A DNA stretch of 64,000 bases. Source: an uncultured candidate division Zixibacteria bacterium. Its GTDB lineage: Bacteria > Zixibacteria > MSB-5A5 > GN15 > FEB-12. How positions within the stretch are numbered: position 1 is the first letter of the stretch; each line of letters opens with the position of its first letter. Both the position numbers and the translations under genes were made by a program. Location: positions 352,001-416,000 of the forward strand of contig CAVTJJ010000006.1 in NCBI GenBank assembly GCA_963735035.1, read 5' to 3'. The notes under the pieces are model-generated. The model saw only the letters and a list, made by a program, of their open reading frames with translations, was not told the origin of the DNA and made no database searches. Below, piece by piece: positions 49,926 to 59,518 of the stretch.

Positions 49926-51176
49926 ATGTTGCTGTCACCTTCTGAAATTCGCGATGCTATCGGCATGGCGCTGACTTCGGTGCGAACCAACAAATTTCGC
50001 TCCTTTCTGACAATTCTGGGAGTAATGGTGGGAGTGGGGGCCGTTATTGCCATGGCCTCGGTGGTAAGCGGACTTAATCTCGCAGCGGAGGCCGAAATCG
50101 ATATGATGGGCTCAAACGTTATCATTGTCGATCGTTTCGGGCCCGGGGTAGATTACGACAATCTGACCGAAGAGGAGCGCAGCAGTCCTTATCCCGACGA
50201 GGAGGACGCTGAAGTCATCATGGCGAATTGCCCGTCGGTTGACGGTGTTGCGCCTCAGAACCACTGGAATTTCGACAGCGGTAACGACCTAAAGTATCGA
50301 AATCACAAGTTCTCCAACGCGACCTTCAATGGCACGTGGCCCGACCTGATCAAAGTGCGTGATATCGACATGAAAGAGGGCCGTTTTATCAGCGAGACTG
50401 ATATCCAATATCGCACCGATGTCTGTGTGATCGGCACGGAAGTCGAGAGGGTGCTTTTCGCTGGTGAGAATCCGCTCGGCAAGATGGTCCGTCTGCAGGA
50501 CCATGAATTCGAGGTCGTCGGCGTGTATGAGGAAGCCAAATCAAGCTTCGGCAACGACTACTGGAACCGGCTTATCAGTATTCCCCTGAGCACTTATTCC
50601 AAGTGGCTGCCGTTTGACAAAGCTCTGACGCTTGAAGTCCGGGCGGCTACGCGGCCCCAGATCAACCAGGCAATAGAAGAAATTATCCAGGCCTTGCGCA
50701 TACATCGTCGCGTCCCTTTTGGCAAACCCAACAATTTCTATCTGTCCACTCAGGAGCAATTCAAAGAACAGGCCCAGAAGATAACCGATGTGATTTACAT
50801 CATTATGATCGTAATCACTTCGGTAGGTCTCTTGGTCGGCGGTATCGGGGTAATGAACATTATGCTGGTCTCGGTGACCGAGCGAACTCGTGAGATCGGG
50901 GTGCGGAAGGCGATCGGGGCCAAACGCTCCAATATTCTGCTTCAGTTTCTGACCGAGGCCATGTCGTTGTCGGGGCTGGGGGGGATAATCGGAGTGGTGG
51001 TGGGGGTGTCACTCGGATTGATCTTGAACAACTCCTTCGGTTTCCCCGTCTCTTTGCCGGTGTTCTGGATTGTAGTCGGTTTTCTGGTTTCGGTATCGGT
51101 TGGCCTGGTTTCGGGTGTGTATCCGGCCTTTAAGGCGGCCCGCCTTGATCCAATCGACGCCCTCCGGTACGAATAA
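49926..51176 (+). CDS. MacB/FtsX-like ABC permease 3 (close paralog of permease 2)
   Basis: Same motifs and same length (416 aa) as permease 2. Confidence 0.94.
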   Translation: MLLSPSEIRDAIGMALTSVRTNKFRSFLTILGVMVGVGAVIAMASVVSGLNLAAEAEIDMMGSNVIIVDRFGPGVDYDNLTEEERSSPYPDEEDAEVIMANCPSVDGVAPQNHWNFDSGNDLKYRNHKFSNATFNGTWPDLIKVRDIDMKEGRFISETDIQYRTDVCVIGTEVERVLFAGENPLGKMVRLQDHEFEVVGVYEEAKSSFGNDYWNRLISIPLSTYSKWLPFDKALTLEVRAATRPQINQAIEEIIQALRIHRRVPFGKPNNFYLSTQEQFKEQAQKITDVIYIIMIVITSVGLLVGGIGVMNIMLVSVTERTREIGVRKAIGAKRSNILLQFLTEAMSLSGLGGIIGVVVGVSLGLILNNSFGFPVSLPVFWIVVGFLVSVSVGLVSGVYPAFKAARLDPIDALRYE

Positions 51177-51274
51177 TCGATCTGGCCAATCTGACGTTTT
51201 GAATCTTGCCCGGCCGGCCGACCACGATTACATTGATCCGGGAACGCCACAAGAGCGTTTTTGTTTTTGAAGGT

Positions 51275-52612
51275 ATGGATAATACGGTCCGCAAATTTCT
51301 CTTTCTTGGTTTGTTGCTTTCGATTGGTCTGCCGATCGTAGCGGTGGCCCAGTTCCTGGCACCCGACGAGCAGGCGGCAACGGTTGCAGAATACCTGCGG
51401 GTCGATTATGCCTATTTTCGAGCGGACACTCCGGATTCGGTTCGTCTGGAGTTGTACTACCAGATTCAGCATCGCGGGCTGGCGTTCAATTTGGCGAACG
51501 GGTCATACTCCGCTGCCTATGAACTGGCGGTTACGGTTATGGATAAGGATGGCCGCGAGCTGCGCTCTTTTACTCGGGATCGTCAGATTGTACTCGGCGC
51601 CGATGAGGAGGTGCGTACCAGGGTCGATTCTCGCACCAGCCAGATAACCCTCAATTTGCCCTCCGGCGATTACCGGGTGCAGTTCAAGCTCAAAGACAAG
51701 AACAGTTCCAAGGTAATGCTTAAGGAACTGAAGGTTGACCTCTGGGACTTGTACGGCAAACTACCCCGACTTTCGGAGATCGAGTTCGCCCAGGCTTTTC
51801 AGAAAGGCTCGGCCGATTCGAGCATCTTTTCCAAGAACGATATCCTGGTGGTGCCGTCAGTGAACCGCGCCTACGGTACGGTGGAAGGCGACCGACTCGC
51901 CTATTATTTCGAAATTTATCCGGGGATCGAAAAATTAGACAAAGCCGTGATCGAGACGAGAATAAGACATTTTCGCCGTGGCTTGGTCTATCGCGACACG
52001 CTGCACATATCCCTTGGAACGGAGCCTGATCGACAATTGCGCGAGATTTCTCTCGATCAGCTTGTTCCCGGAGACTATGAATTGATAGTGAGTCTGCTGG
52101 GGCGTCGTGACAAGAAGCTGGCTGAGCGCACGCAGTTGTTCCAGGTTGCCTGGACCCAGGAAGGCATGATCAAGAACGACTGGGAAACCACGCTCAAGCA
52201 GTTGCAGTTGTTTGCTGACGACGTCGATGTCAGCGACATGAAGAAATTGAAGACTATCGAGGAGCGCGTCAAAGCCTTCGATCAATTCTGGCAGGAGCGT
52301 GATCCCACCGATGGGACCCGTGAAAACGAGGCCAAGGCGGCGTTCTACTATCGCATAAGGATAGCCAACGAGCAGTTCGGGGTCATGCGCACTGAAGGGT
52401 GGCGCACCGACCGTGGGCGGATCTTCGTCCGGTACGGTGAACCCGATTATATGGCCAATGAGCCCTTTTCGCCGGACCGTCATCCCTATCAGATCTGGTA
52501 TTACTCCAGCCTCTCTCCTAACCGACGGTTCATATTTGTAGACGAGAAAGAAGATGGAGATTTCCGCCTCCAGTACCCGTACGACGGGCTTACCACGGCC
52601 GGCGGATTCTAA
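51275..52612 (+). CDS. Secreted GWxTD domain protein
   Basis: FWQERDPT...EGWRTDRGRIFVRYGEPD...YQIWYY. Confidence 0.9.
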   Translation: MDNTVRKFLFLGLLLSIGLPIVAVAQFLAPDEQAATVAEYLRVDYAYFRADTPDSVRLELYYQIQHRGLAFNLANGSYSAAYELAVTVMDKDGRELRSFTRDRQIVLGADEEVRTRVDSRTSQITLNLPSGDYRVQFKLKDKNSSKVMLKELKVDLWDLYGKLPRLSEIEFAQAFQKGSADSSIFSKNDILVVPSVNRAYGTVEGDRLAYYFEIYPGIEKLDKAVIETRIRHFRRGLVYRDTLHISLGTEPDRQLREISLDQLVPGDYELIVSLLGRRDKKLAERTQLFQVAWTQEGMIKNDWETTLKQLQLFADDVDVSDMKKLKTIEERVKAFDQFWQERDPTDGTRENEAKAAFYYRIRIANEQFGVMRTEGWRTDRGRIFVRYGEPDYMANEPFSPDRHPYQIWYYSSLSPNRRFIFVDEKEDGDFRLQYPYDGLTTAGGF

Positions 52613-52617
52613 CTCTT

Positions 52618-54060
52618 ATGAATTCACGAAGTAGTTTCACCTGGGTGGGATTGACAGTGCTATTTGCTCTCATTGTGACCGCCGGTGTGTCTCTGGCGGC
52701 TAACCCGGTCGATCAGGGGCTGACGGTTCGGGCGGGCGTGATTGTTTTCAATCGACCGGTCTTCGATACGGTATCTCTGGTCGAATTTCCCTTTGTCTTG
52801 ACGCGCGATCAGTTCGATTTCTACCGTCCGGACAGTTCTTCCGGGGCTTTGTTCGCGCGGATATTTGCGCAGGTCAATGTATATGGCGCCGACGGACGGC
52901 CGGTCGATTCCGCCAACACTTACTTTTCAGCAGGTGCGGTCGATTCAATCGACGCGCTCAGGCCCGCTTACAGCCTCTTCAATAGCCTTGTTATTGTCGC
53001 CCGACCGGGGATTTACTCGGCCCGCGTGACAGTTGTCGACGTGGTCAGCAAGCGGCAGGGCGAATGCTTTCTCGACCGTATCAATGTCGAAGCGCCGGTC
53101 AAAGATCGACTTTCAATGGGGGGGAAGTGTCTGGCCTTTCGAATCTCCTACGTGGGCGAAACGCCCGGCGTGGGTATCGGAGTACCGAGGAACGGTTACG
53201 AAGTACGGTGCAACCCGACGGGTGCATTCTCAACTCACGATACGACTGCGTCGTACTACGCCGAGGTGTACAACCTGAAATACGATTCGCGAGCGCCGTC
53301 AGATTTTGTGGTCACCAGCCAGATTCTCGACGACTCGAACAAAGTCTTTCGTGAGTTGGGCAGTCGCACCCGAGCGAAAGCGGGGACGTCGGCCGTAATT
53401 GCCGAAACCTTTTCGATCGCCGGATGGCCGGCCGGACGATATGATTTGCAGGTGACGGTTGCTGACCGCGTGTCCGGTGAAGAAGTCAGCTATGACTTTC
53501 CACTCATCATTGTAGCTCCCCAGATGGCAGCCGTAATCGCTCCGTCATCATTGTCCGAAGATGCTGATCCATGTGCGGGCCTCGATCTGGAAACGCAGCG
53601 CCGCCTGGTCTGCTATCTGCTGACGAGCCAGGAAAAGGATATCCTGAAGGGGCTGACTCCGGATGGCCAGCGCCTCTATATAGAGCGGTACTGGCAGGAG
53701 CGGGATCCCGATGTTACCACCAGGGTGCTCGAAAACCGTCAGCAGATGTATGAGCACTACCTTTACGCCAACAACTTCTTTTCGATTAGTGAGGGAAAGA
53801 CCGACGGTTGGTTCACGGATCGCGGTCGCGTCTTCATGGTTTATGGTCAACCGGACAAGCTGGAGGACTTTACCCACCCCTCTAACGAGTACCCTTACCA
53901 GGTCTGGTGGTATTATTCATTGAGGGATGGCAGCGTCTTCGTTTTTCAGGATTCCCGAGGGTTCGGGGACTTCAAGTTGGTGCATTCGAGCTATGCCGGG
54001 GAGTTGTTCAACAAGGTCTGGGATCAGGCCATCAGGGATGGTAGTTACGACGCTGACTAG
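52618..54060 (+). CDS. Secreted GWxTD domain protein (second paralog)
   Basis: YWQERDPD...DGWFTDRGRVFMVYGQPD...YQVWWY. Confidence 0.9.
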   Translation: MNSRSSFTWVGLTVLFALIVTAGVSLAANPVDQGLTVRAGVIVFNRPVFDTVSLVEFPFVLTRDQFDFYRPDSSSGALFARIFAQVNVYGADGRPVDSANTYFSAGAVDSIDALRPAYSLFNSLVIVARPGIYSARVTVVDVVSKRQGECFLDRINVEAPVKDRLSMGGKCLAFRISYVGETPGVGIGVPRNGYEVRCNPTGAFSTHDTTASYYAEVYNLKYDSRAPSDFVVTSQILDDSNKVFRELGSRTRAKAGTSAVIAETFSIAGWPAGRYDLQVTVADRVSGEEVSYDFPLIIVAPQMAAVIAPSSLSEDADPCAGLDLETQRRLVCYLLTSQEKDILKGLTPDGQRLYIERYWQERDPDVTTRVLENRQQMYEHYLYANNFFSISEGKTDGWFTDRGRVFMVYGQPDKLEDFTHPSNEYPYQVWWYYSLRDGSVFVFQDSRGFGDFKLVHSSYAGELFNKVWDQAIRDGSYDAD

Positions 54061-54085
54061 GCAAGTTTGATTATAGTGGAAATAG

Positions 54086-54126
54086 AAAAGCCGCCCGCCT
54101 CGTTGGAGACGGACGGCTTTGCTTTG
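54086..54126. terminator. Bidirectional terminator
   Basis: AAAAGCCG.CCG...CGG.CGGCTTT between convergent genes. Confidence 0.7.
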
Positions 54127-54151
54127 ATTGCAATCAACCGAACTGGGACAG

Positions 54152-54907
54152 CTATTTGCCACCCTCTGCCGGTTTGGCGGCGGTGTCGGTGTTCTGTGGT
54201 ATTGTAGTCGACTTAATAGAACGTTTGACCGGTACCGTGAAGCGGACACCTTTACCCTCGCCAGCCTGGAAAGTGAAGGACTTCTCGAGCTGCTTATCGA
54301 GAGCGGCCGGGAGAAGCTTCACTTCGCCGCTGGCACTCTGGCCGGCGCCGATCTTCTTAGGAAGCGAAATCTCGGCGTATTTGGGGATGTCGGCTATCAT
54401 GGTCAGTTCGATTTCTTTGTCCGAGACGTTCGTGATCGTGAATTTCATCCGATCGCGCACCTTCTCACCGAACTGCGATATGTCCAGCTTGTAGGGCTTG
54501 ACAATGACGGGGTAGGTCGAGTCCGGTCGCTGAATGACTTCGGCGACAATCGATACGTTCTTGTCCGGCTGACCTTCGTTTGTGACGATACGCGGCCGCT
54601 TGGTTACGCGCTGCGTGTACGCCTTGGTGCTGAAAATGATCTCAAGGGCAGTGCTGTCACCGACAGCAAGCTCCGATTTGTCCAACGGAGCTTTGGTGCA
54701 GCCTCACCCAGGCACCACTTTGTCGATCTTCAAGATGTCGTCACCACGGTTGTAGAGCCAGAAGACGTGGGAAATCTCGGAGTTCTGTGGAACGTATCCG
54801 AAATCGAATTCCATTTCGGACATTTCCATGCGCGGGGCCGCGACAACCGAAATAGCCGCCAGCAAGGCCAGCCCCACGGCCAGAACAATTACACTGAAGT
54901 TTCTCAT
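54152..54907 (-). CDS. Exported DUF1573 (Ig-like) protein, probable selenoprotein (in-frame TGA at 54704-54706, motif PG-U-GC)
   Basis: ORFs 54704..54907 and 54152..54685 are in one frame: ...KVVPG-TGA-GCTKAPLDKSEL...; the paralog has VKSGCGCL; hairpin after the TGA. Confidence 0.85.
54668..54693 (-). promoter_or_regulatory. Putative bacterial SECIS element
   Basis: mRNA AAGCUCCG-UUGGACAAAU-CGGAGCUU, a perfect 8-bp stem starting after a 10-nt spacer 3' of the UGA, with G in the apical loop. Confidence 0.7.
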
Positions 54908-54950
54908 TTGTCCTTCCAGTAAGTCCTTAAGGTTTATCTATCGTCTTATA

Positions 54951-55673
54951 TCATTTTTCTTTTGTCGTAAATACAGGGCGGAAACTGAAGTCGCCGAACT
55001 GCATGGGAATTGATACCCTAATGATCTCGCCCTGGTTCCCACTCAAATCGATCGTAACGGAACCTTCGTAGAGAACTGCAGCATTATCCTTTCCTATCGT
55101 TATCCGTCCGACAATCGTCTTGCCCGCTTCAACCGAATCCGGAAGCACTAACACGATTCCGGGACCTGATTCTACCGGGCTTACCGATAGTTTCTCGGCG
55201 GTCCGGTTGGTAAGCTCAAAAGTACCCGACAATTCGACTTCCGGGCTGCCCGACAATTTCACATTTACGGGCGACCAAGAGACAGACGCCTGAAGCTTGT
55301 CCGGGGTTACTACATTTCCTTTGAGGACTATCTCATAAGGGAACGGAATGGAATCAAAATAGAGATAGGCGGACTGGCTCCGAGCGCCAGCAGAACCTCT
55401 TGTCTGCCAGTAAAATACGAGAGGCAGACTATCGCCGGGGGGGATGGTGTCCTGAATTTGGGGAACGACCAGACAACCGCATCCGGACTTTACGGAATTA
55501 ATTCTGAGCGTGTCGGTACCCACGGCATGAACCCAGATCTGATGCGTAACGGTCACGTTGGTCGTTACCTGACCGAAATCGAATTCGCCGCCATTGATTC
55601 TGAACTTGTCCTCAGCCCACGAAGACGTGGCAAGTAGAAGGCTAAGAGCGAATATGCGAACAGTAATAATCAT
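54951..55673 (-). CDS. Exported DUF1573 domain protein (Cys form)
   Basis: Signal peptide, FDFGQV...LRINSVKSGCGCL...IPPGDS. Confidence 0.85.
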   Translation of the reverse strand: MIITVRIFALSLLLATSSWAEDKFRINGGEFDFGQVTTNVTVTHQIWVHAVGTDTLRINSVKSGCGCLVVPQIQDTIPPGDSLPLVFYWQTRGSAGARSQSAYLYFDSIPFPYEIVLKGNVVTPDKLQASVSWSPVNVKLSGSPEVELSGTFELTNRTAEKLSVSPVESGPGIVLVLPDSVEAGKTIVGRITIGKDNAAVLYEGSVTIDLSGNQGEIIRVSIPMQFGDFSFRPVFTTKEK

Positions 55674-55797
55674 AATGTTGACTCGGTCGTATAACTTATT
55701 GCATCGAAGCGGGTTGGTCAAGGTCTTTCAACTGTTTTAGCTTGTTCTTAAACACCTGGCGTTCTAAGATTGATCGATTTAATCGAGTTGTAGATTT

Positions 55798-56730
55798 ATG
55801 CGTGTAATTGAAATACAGGACCTCACCAAGATCTATGCTACCCGACTGAAGAAGGGCAACGTAGTCGCGCTGGATACGGTGTCATTTGGGGTTGATCAAG
55901 GTGAAATCTTTGGCTTGCTTGGCCCGAACGGGGCCGGCAAGACCACCCTTATCAAAGTGCTGTTGGGCATCACTGAAGCGACTTCGGGCGATGTTCTTAT
56001 CAACGGCCTTCGTCCGACCGATCCAACCTCCCGTGAGAAACTGGGGTTTCTTCAAGAGAATCCCCGGTTCCCGGAACACCTGACTGGCAACGGTCTTTTG
56101 TGGTTGGCCGGTCGACTATGCGGAGTCAGTGATGCGGACCTGGACAAGCGGACCCCGGTGCTGATGGAAACGGTCGGGATGGGGAAATGGGCCGATGTCA
56201 AGATAAGCAAGTACTCCAAGGGGATGATTCAGAGAATCGGTCTGGCTCAGGCGCTTGTCTCGGAGCCGGATATAGTGTTTCTTGACGAACCGACCGAAGG
56301 GATTGATCCGATCGGCAAAGTCGAATTTAGAGACGTCCTCAAGCGTCTGCGCGATCAAGGCAAGACGGTGCTTCTCAATTCCCACCTGCTGGGCGAAGTC
56401 GAGATGATTGCCGACCGGGTAGCAATCTTGTCTCGTGGAAAACTGGCGCGGGTGGGGACGGTCGATGAACTGACGGTAAGTGGGAATCAATACGAAATCG
56501 AGGCGGATATCGGTGACGACCGGTTTGAGATGCCCCCTGAGGTTGGTCGCATCGTAATTATCAAGACTGATGGAATGACGGTCGAACTCGAAAAGCTGGA
56601 GAACATCAATCTGGTCATCGATCAGTTGCGCCTGCGGCATATAAACATTCGGTCAGTGCAGCCGGTCAGACAGTCGCTGGAGCGGTCGTTCGTTGACGCC
56701 GTCACGGAGCCTGCGGGGGGGACGGAATGA
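55798..56730 (+). CDS. ABC-2 type transporter ATP-binding protein
   Basis: GPNGAGKTT, YSKGMIQR, LDEPTEG, NSH. Confidence 0.93.
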   Translation: MRVIEIQDLTKIYATRLKKGNVVALDTVSFGVDQGEIFGLLGPNGAGKTTLIKVLLGITEATSGDVLINGLRPTDPTSREKLGFLQENPRFPEHLTGNGLLWLAGRLCGVSDADLDKRTPVLMETVGMGKWADVKISKYSKGMIQRIGLAQALVSEPDIVFLDEPTEGIDPIGKVEFRDVLKRLRDQGKTVLLNSHLLGEVEMIADRVAILSRGKLARVGTVDELTVSGNQYEIEADIGDDRFEMPPEVGRIVIIKTDGMTVELEKLENINLVIDQLRLRHINIRSVQPVRQSLERSFVDAVTEPAGGTE

Positions 56731-57515
56731 ACGGTCTGTTTCGCGACACCCTTGCAGAGATGATCAGCCGGAAGATATTCGTCCTCTTTGTCATCGTGAC
56801 CCTGATCCTCTTGTTGGCCGTCTGGGGCACCTGGGAGGTCAGACTGAACATATCGGGTGACCAGGAGTTCAACGAGTCAGCCTCGGGTGCTGCGGCGTCG
56901 CTCGTGGCTGAGGCTTTTTCGAAAGTCATGTCGGTCTTTGTATTCTTTGCCGTATTCGCCACCGCCGGCTTGATACCCCGATCACTCGAACGGGGCAGGG
57001 CTGAATTCTTTCTGTCCAAGCCTCTCTCGCGGGCGCGGCTTCTGACGGCCAGGCTCGTGTCCATATGGCTGGTCTATGGCCTGATGGTCGTCGCCTGCGG
57101 CTTGATCGTCTACCTCGTGATGGTTCTCGTGCATGGTGGCTTTGACCCGGCTATGTTAGTTCTCTTCGTTATGACGTTCGTAGAATTCGGCATCTGGGTC
57201 AGCATCATTGGTATGGCCGGGATACTGTTCGGTTCGGCGTCGTGGACGATGATTATCGCGTTCAGTATCTGGGTTGCGCAATTGCTGTTGGCCTCCCACG
57301 ACAGTCTCCGGAATTTCCTGACCAATCAGGTTGTTATATACACGATAGATACGTTGTACTACATAGTTCCCAAGACTGGTCAGATGCGTGACCTGGCGGT
57401 CAGTGTTGCGATCGGACGACCCGTGGAAAGCTGGCTGCCCCTCTGGAGCTCGGCGGTCGTCGCAGCTATCTTGTACTACTGTACCGTTTCGGTTTTTTCG
57501 CGCCGGGATTACTAG
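56727..57515 (+). CDS. ABC-2 type transporter permease
   Basis: About 6 TMs, LERGRAEFFLSKPLSR, C-terminal FSRRDY; overlaps the ATPase stop. Confidence 0.85.
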   Translation: MNGLFRDTLAEMISRKIFVLFVIVTLILLLAVWGTWEVRLNISGDQEFNESASGAAASLVAEAFSKVMSVFVFFAVFATAGLIPRSLERGRAEFFLSKPLSRARLLTARLVSIWLVYGLMVVACGLIVYLVMVLVHGGFDPAMLVLFVMTFVEFGIWVSIIGMAGILFGSASWTMIIAFSIWVAQLLLASHDSLRNFLTNQVVIYTIDTLYYIVPKTGQMRDLAVSVAIGRPVESWLPLWSSAVVAAILYYCTVSVFSRRDY

Positions 57516-57539
57516 TCCCGGGTAGATCGGGAATCGGCC

Positions 57540-58067
57540 ATGGCGGATTCGAGTGAACTTCAAATTCTGCTGGAACCTCTTCGGATTGCCCTGCAGTTGG
57601 AAGTCGAGGGGCGGCTTTTGTTCCTGGAGGCGGCGCGACGGGCTTCCGGGCGCCATGCCAGGCAGACTTTCGAGTTTCTTGCCTTGGAGGAAGAACGTCA
57701 TCTGCGGCGGATTAGCGATTTCTACGCCACGATTGAAAAGAAAGGTCGGCCGGACAAATCGTATCGGCCGGACCCTATCTCTGGCGACCGTCTGGCTCAA
57801 TTCAATTCCCGGCTGGCCCTGCTGCGCGACGACCTGAAACCGACCCAGTCGGATATTGAGGCTTTTCGCTTTGCGATCCGGTTCGAAAACGGGGCCGAGG
57901 ATTTCTATCGCCGACAAATTGAAAGCTCCGACGACGAGCTAGTCTGCAGTTTCTATCGCTGGCTGGTGGCCGAAGAGGAAATCCATGGCCAGATTCTGAC
58001 CTCCTGTCTCGAATTTGCCGAAGATCCAGCCGCCTGGTTTGGCAAACAGGACGGCAACAAAGACTGA
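57540..58067 (+). CDS. Ferritin-like / rubrerythrin diiron domain protein
   Basis: ALQLE...EEERH and AIRFE...EEEIH motifs. Confidence 0.85.
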   Translation: MADSSELQILLEPLRIALQLEVEGRLLFLEAARRASGRHARQTFEFLALEEERHLRRISDFYATIEKKGRPDKSYRPDPISGDRLAQFNSRLALLRDDLKPTQSDIEAFRFAIRFENGAEDFYRRQIESSDDELVCSFYRWLVAEEEIHGQILTSCLEFAEDPAAWFGKQDGNKD

Positions 58068-58150
58068 GAGACATTCCAAACTGCTTTACTCCCCACCCTG
58101 TGTTGCCTATATTTTCAGCCTGATTTCGTACCGTATAAAGGAGTGCTTGT

Positions 58151-59518
58151 ATGACCCCGCTAGATTATCTCAACCAAACTGAGAAGCAACGTCTCGACGA
58201 TCTATTTGAGTTCCTCCGTTTCCCGTCGGTATCCGCCAAGTCCGAACATCAGCCCGACATGGTCAAGTGTGCGACCTGGCTGTGTGATCATCTCAAAGCC
58301 ATCGGGTTCAAGTCCGAGGTTCTTCCGACCGGAGGACATCCGCTGGTATACGGCGAGTATCTGGTATCACCGAAACTGCCGACCGTACTCTACTATGGAC
58401 ACTACGACGTCCAGCCTCCGGAACCGTTTGATTTGTGGAAGACTCCGCCTTTTGAGCCGAGAGTCGATGGTGGATACATCTGGGCGCGCGGCTGTGCCGA
58501 CAACAAGGGGCAGTTGTTTACGCACGTCAAAGGGCTCGAAGCGGCACTAAAGACCAACGGTACCCTGCCGCTAAACGTGAAGCTGCTCTTCGAAGGTGAA
58601 GAAGAAGTTCATTCGGCGCATCTTCCGGCCTGGATCAAGAAGAATCGCAAGATGCTGGCGGCCGACATCGCAGTGGTTTCCGACACGGCGATGTTTTCAC
58701 CGACCCTGCCGGCCGTCACGTTTGGGCTGCGCGGAATAGCTTCGTGCGAAGTATTCGTGTATGGTCCCGATAAAGACGTCCACTCCGGCAGTTTCGGCGG
58801 CGCGATCGCCAATCCAGCTAACATGCTCTGTCGGCTGGTGTCGCAGTTGCACGACAAAGACGGGCGGGTAGCCATACCGGGATTCTACAAAGCGGTCAAG
58901 CCCCTCACCAAGTGGGAACGCGCCCAGTTCAAGAAGCTTCCCTTCAACGAAAAAGGGTACATGAAAGAACTTGGCGTGAAGGGTCTACAAGGCGAGAAAG
59001 GCTATTCAACTTACGAGCGTTCCTGGTCGCGTCCGACCTGCGATGTCAACGGCATCACCAGCGGTTATCAGGGTGAAGGAGCCAAGACAATCATCCCGTC
59101 GTTTGCCTCATGCAAGATAACCATGCGTCTCGTGCCGGATCAGGAGCCGATGGACATCTGCAACAAGCTGGAGAAGTTCCTGCTAAAGATCGCTCCCAAG
59201 TCGGTTCGCATCAAAGTCGACAAGCACGGCGGCGCGAGCGCGGTGGTTGTCCCACAGGAAGGTCCCTGGCTGGACGCCGCGGCGCGAGCCATCAAAGTCG
59301 GATTCGGCAAAGCGCCGGTATTCATGAAAGAAGGCGGGTCGATACCGATTGTCGGCGAATTCAAGGCTACGCTGGGAGTCGATACACTCCTGATCGGCTT
59401 CTGCCAGAACACCGACAACATTCACTCACCCAACGAACGCTTCCGCGTTCAGGACTTTGAGCGAGGCTGCAAGACGGCTGCCGCGCTGCCGTTCGAACTG
59501 GCCGGAGTAAAGGGCTAA
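58151..59518 (+). CDS. M20 family dipeptidase
   Basis: YGHYDVQP, RGCADNKGQ, EGEEE, GGSIP, HSPNE. Confidence 0.94.
   Translation: MTPLDYLNQTEKQRLDDLFEFLRFPSVSAKSEHQPDMVKCATWLCDHLKAIGFKSEVLPTGGHPLVYGEYLVSPKLPTVLYYGHYDVQPPEPFDLWKTPPFEPRVDGGYIWARGCADNKGQLFTHVKGLEAALKTNGTLPLNVKLLFEGEEEVHSAHLPAWIKKNRKMLAADIAVVSDTAMFSPTLPAVTFGLRGIASCEVFVYGPDKDVHSGSFGGAIANPANMLCRLVSQLHDKDGRVAIPGFYKAVKPLTKWERAQFKKLPFNEKGYMKELGVKGLQGEKGYSTYERSWSRPTCDVNGITSGYQGEGAKTIIPSFASCKITMRLVPDQEPMDICNKLEKFLLKIAPKSVRIKVDKHGGASAVVVPQEGPWLDAAARAIKVGFGKAPVFMKEGGSIPIVGEFKATLGVDTLLIGFCQNTDNIHSPNERFRVQDFERGCKTAAALPFELAGVKG

Noticed and set aside
54704..54706. Genome-wide TGA reassignment (code 4 or 25)
   Set aside because: TGA is the true stop of many conserved genes here (e.g. 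tonB, trxB, lon), so any read-through is site-specific
54128..54922. 264-aa plus-strand ORF, and other long antisense ORFs (e.g. 3843..4793, 38998..39831, 33661..34467)
   Set aside because: Shadow ORFs opposite well-supported genes in GC-rich DNA, with no recognisable motifs
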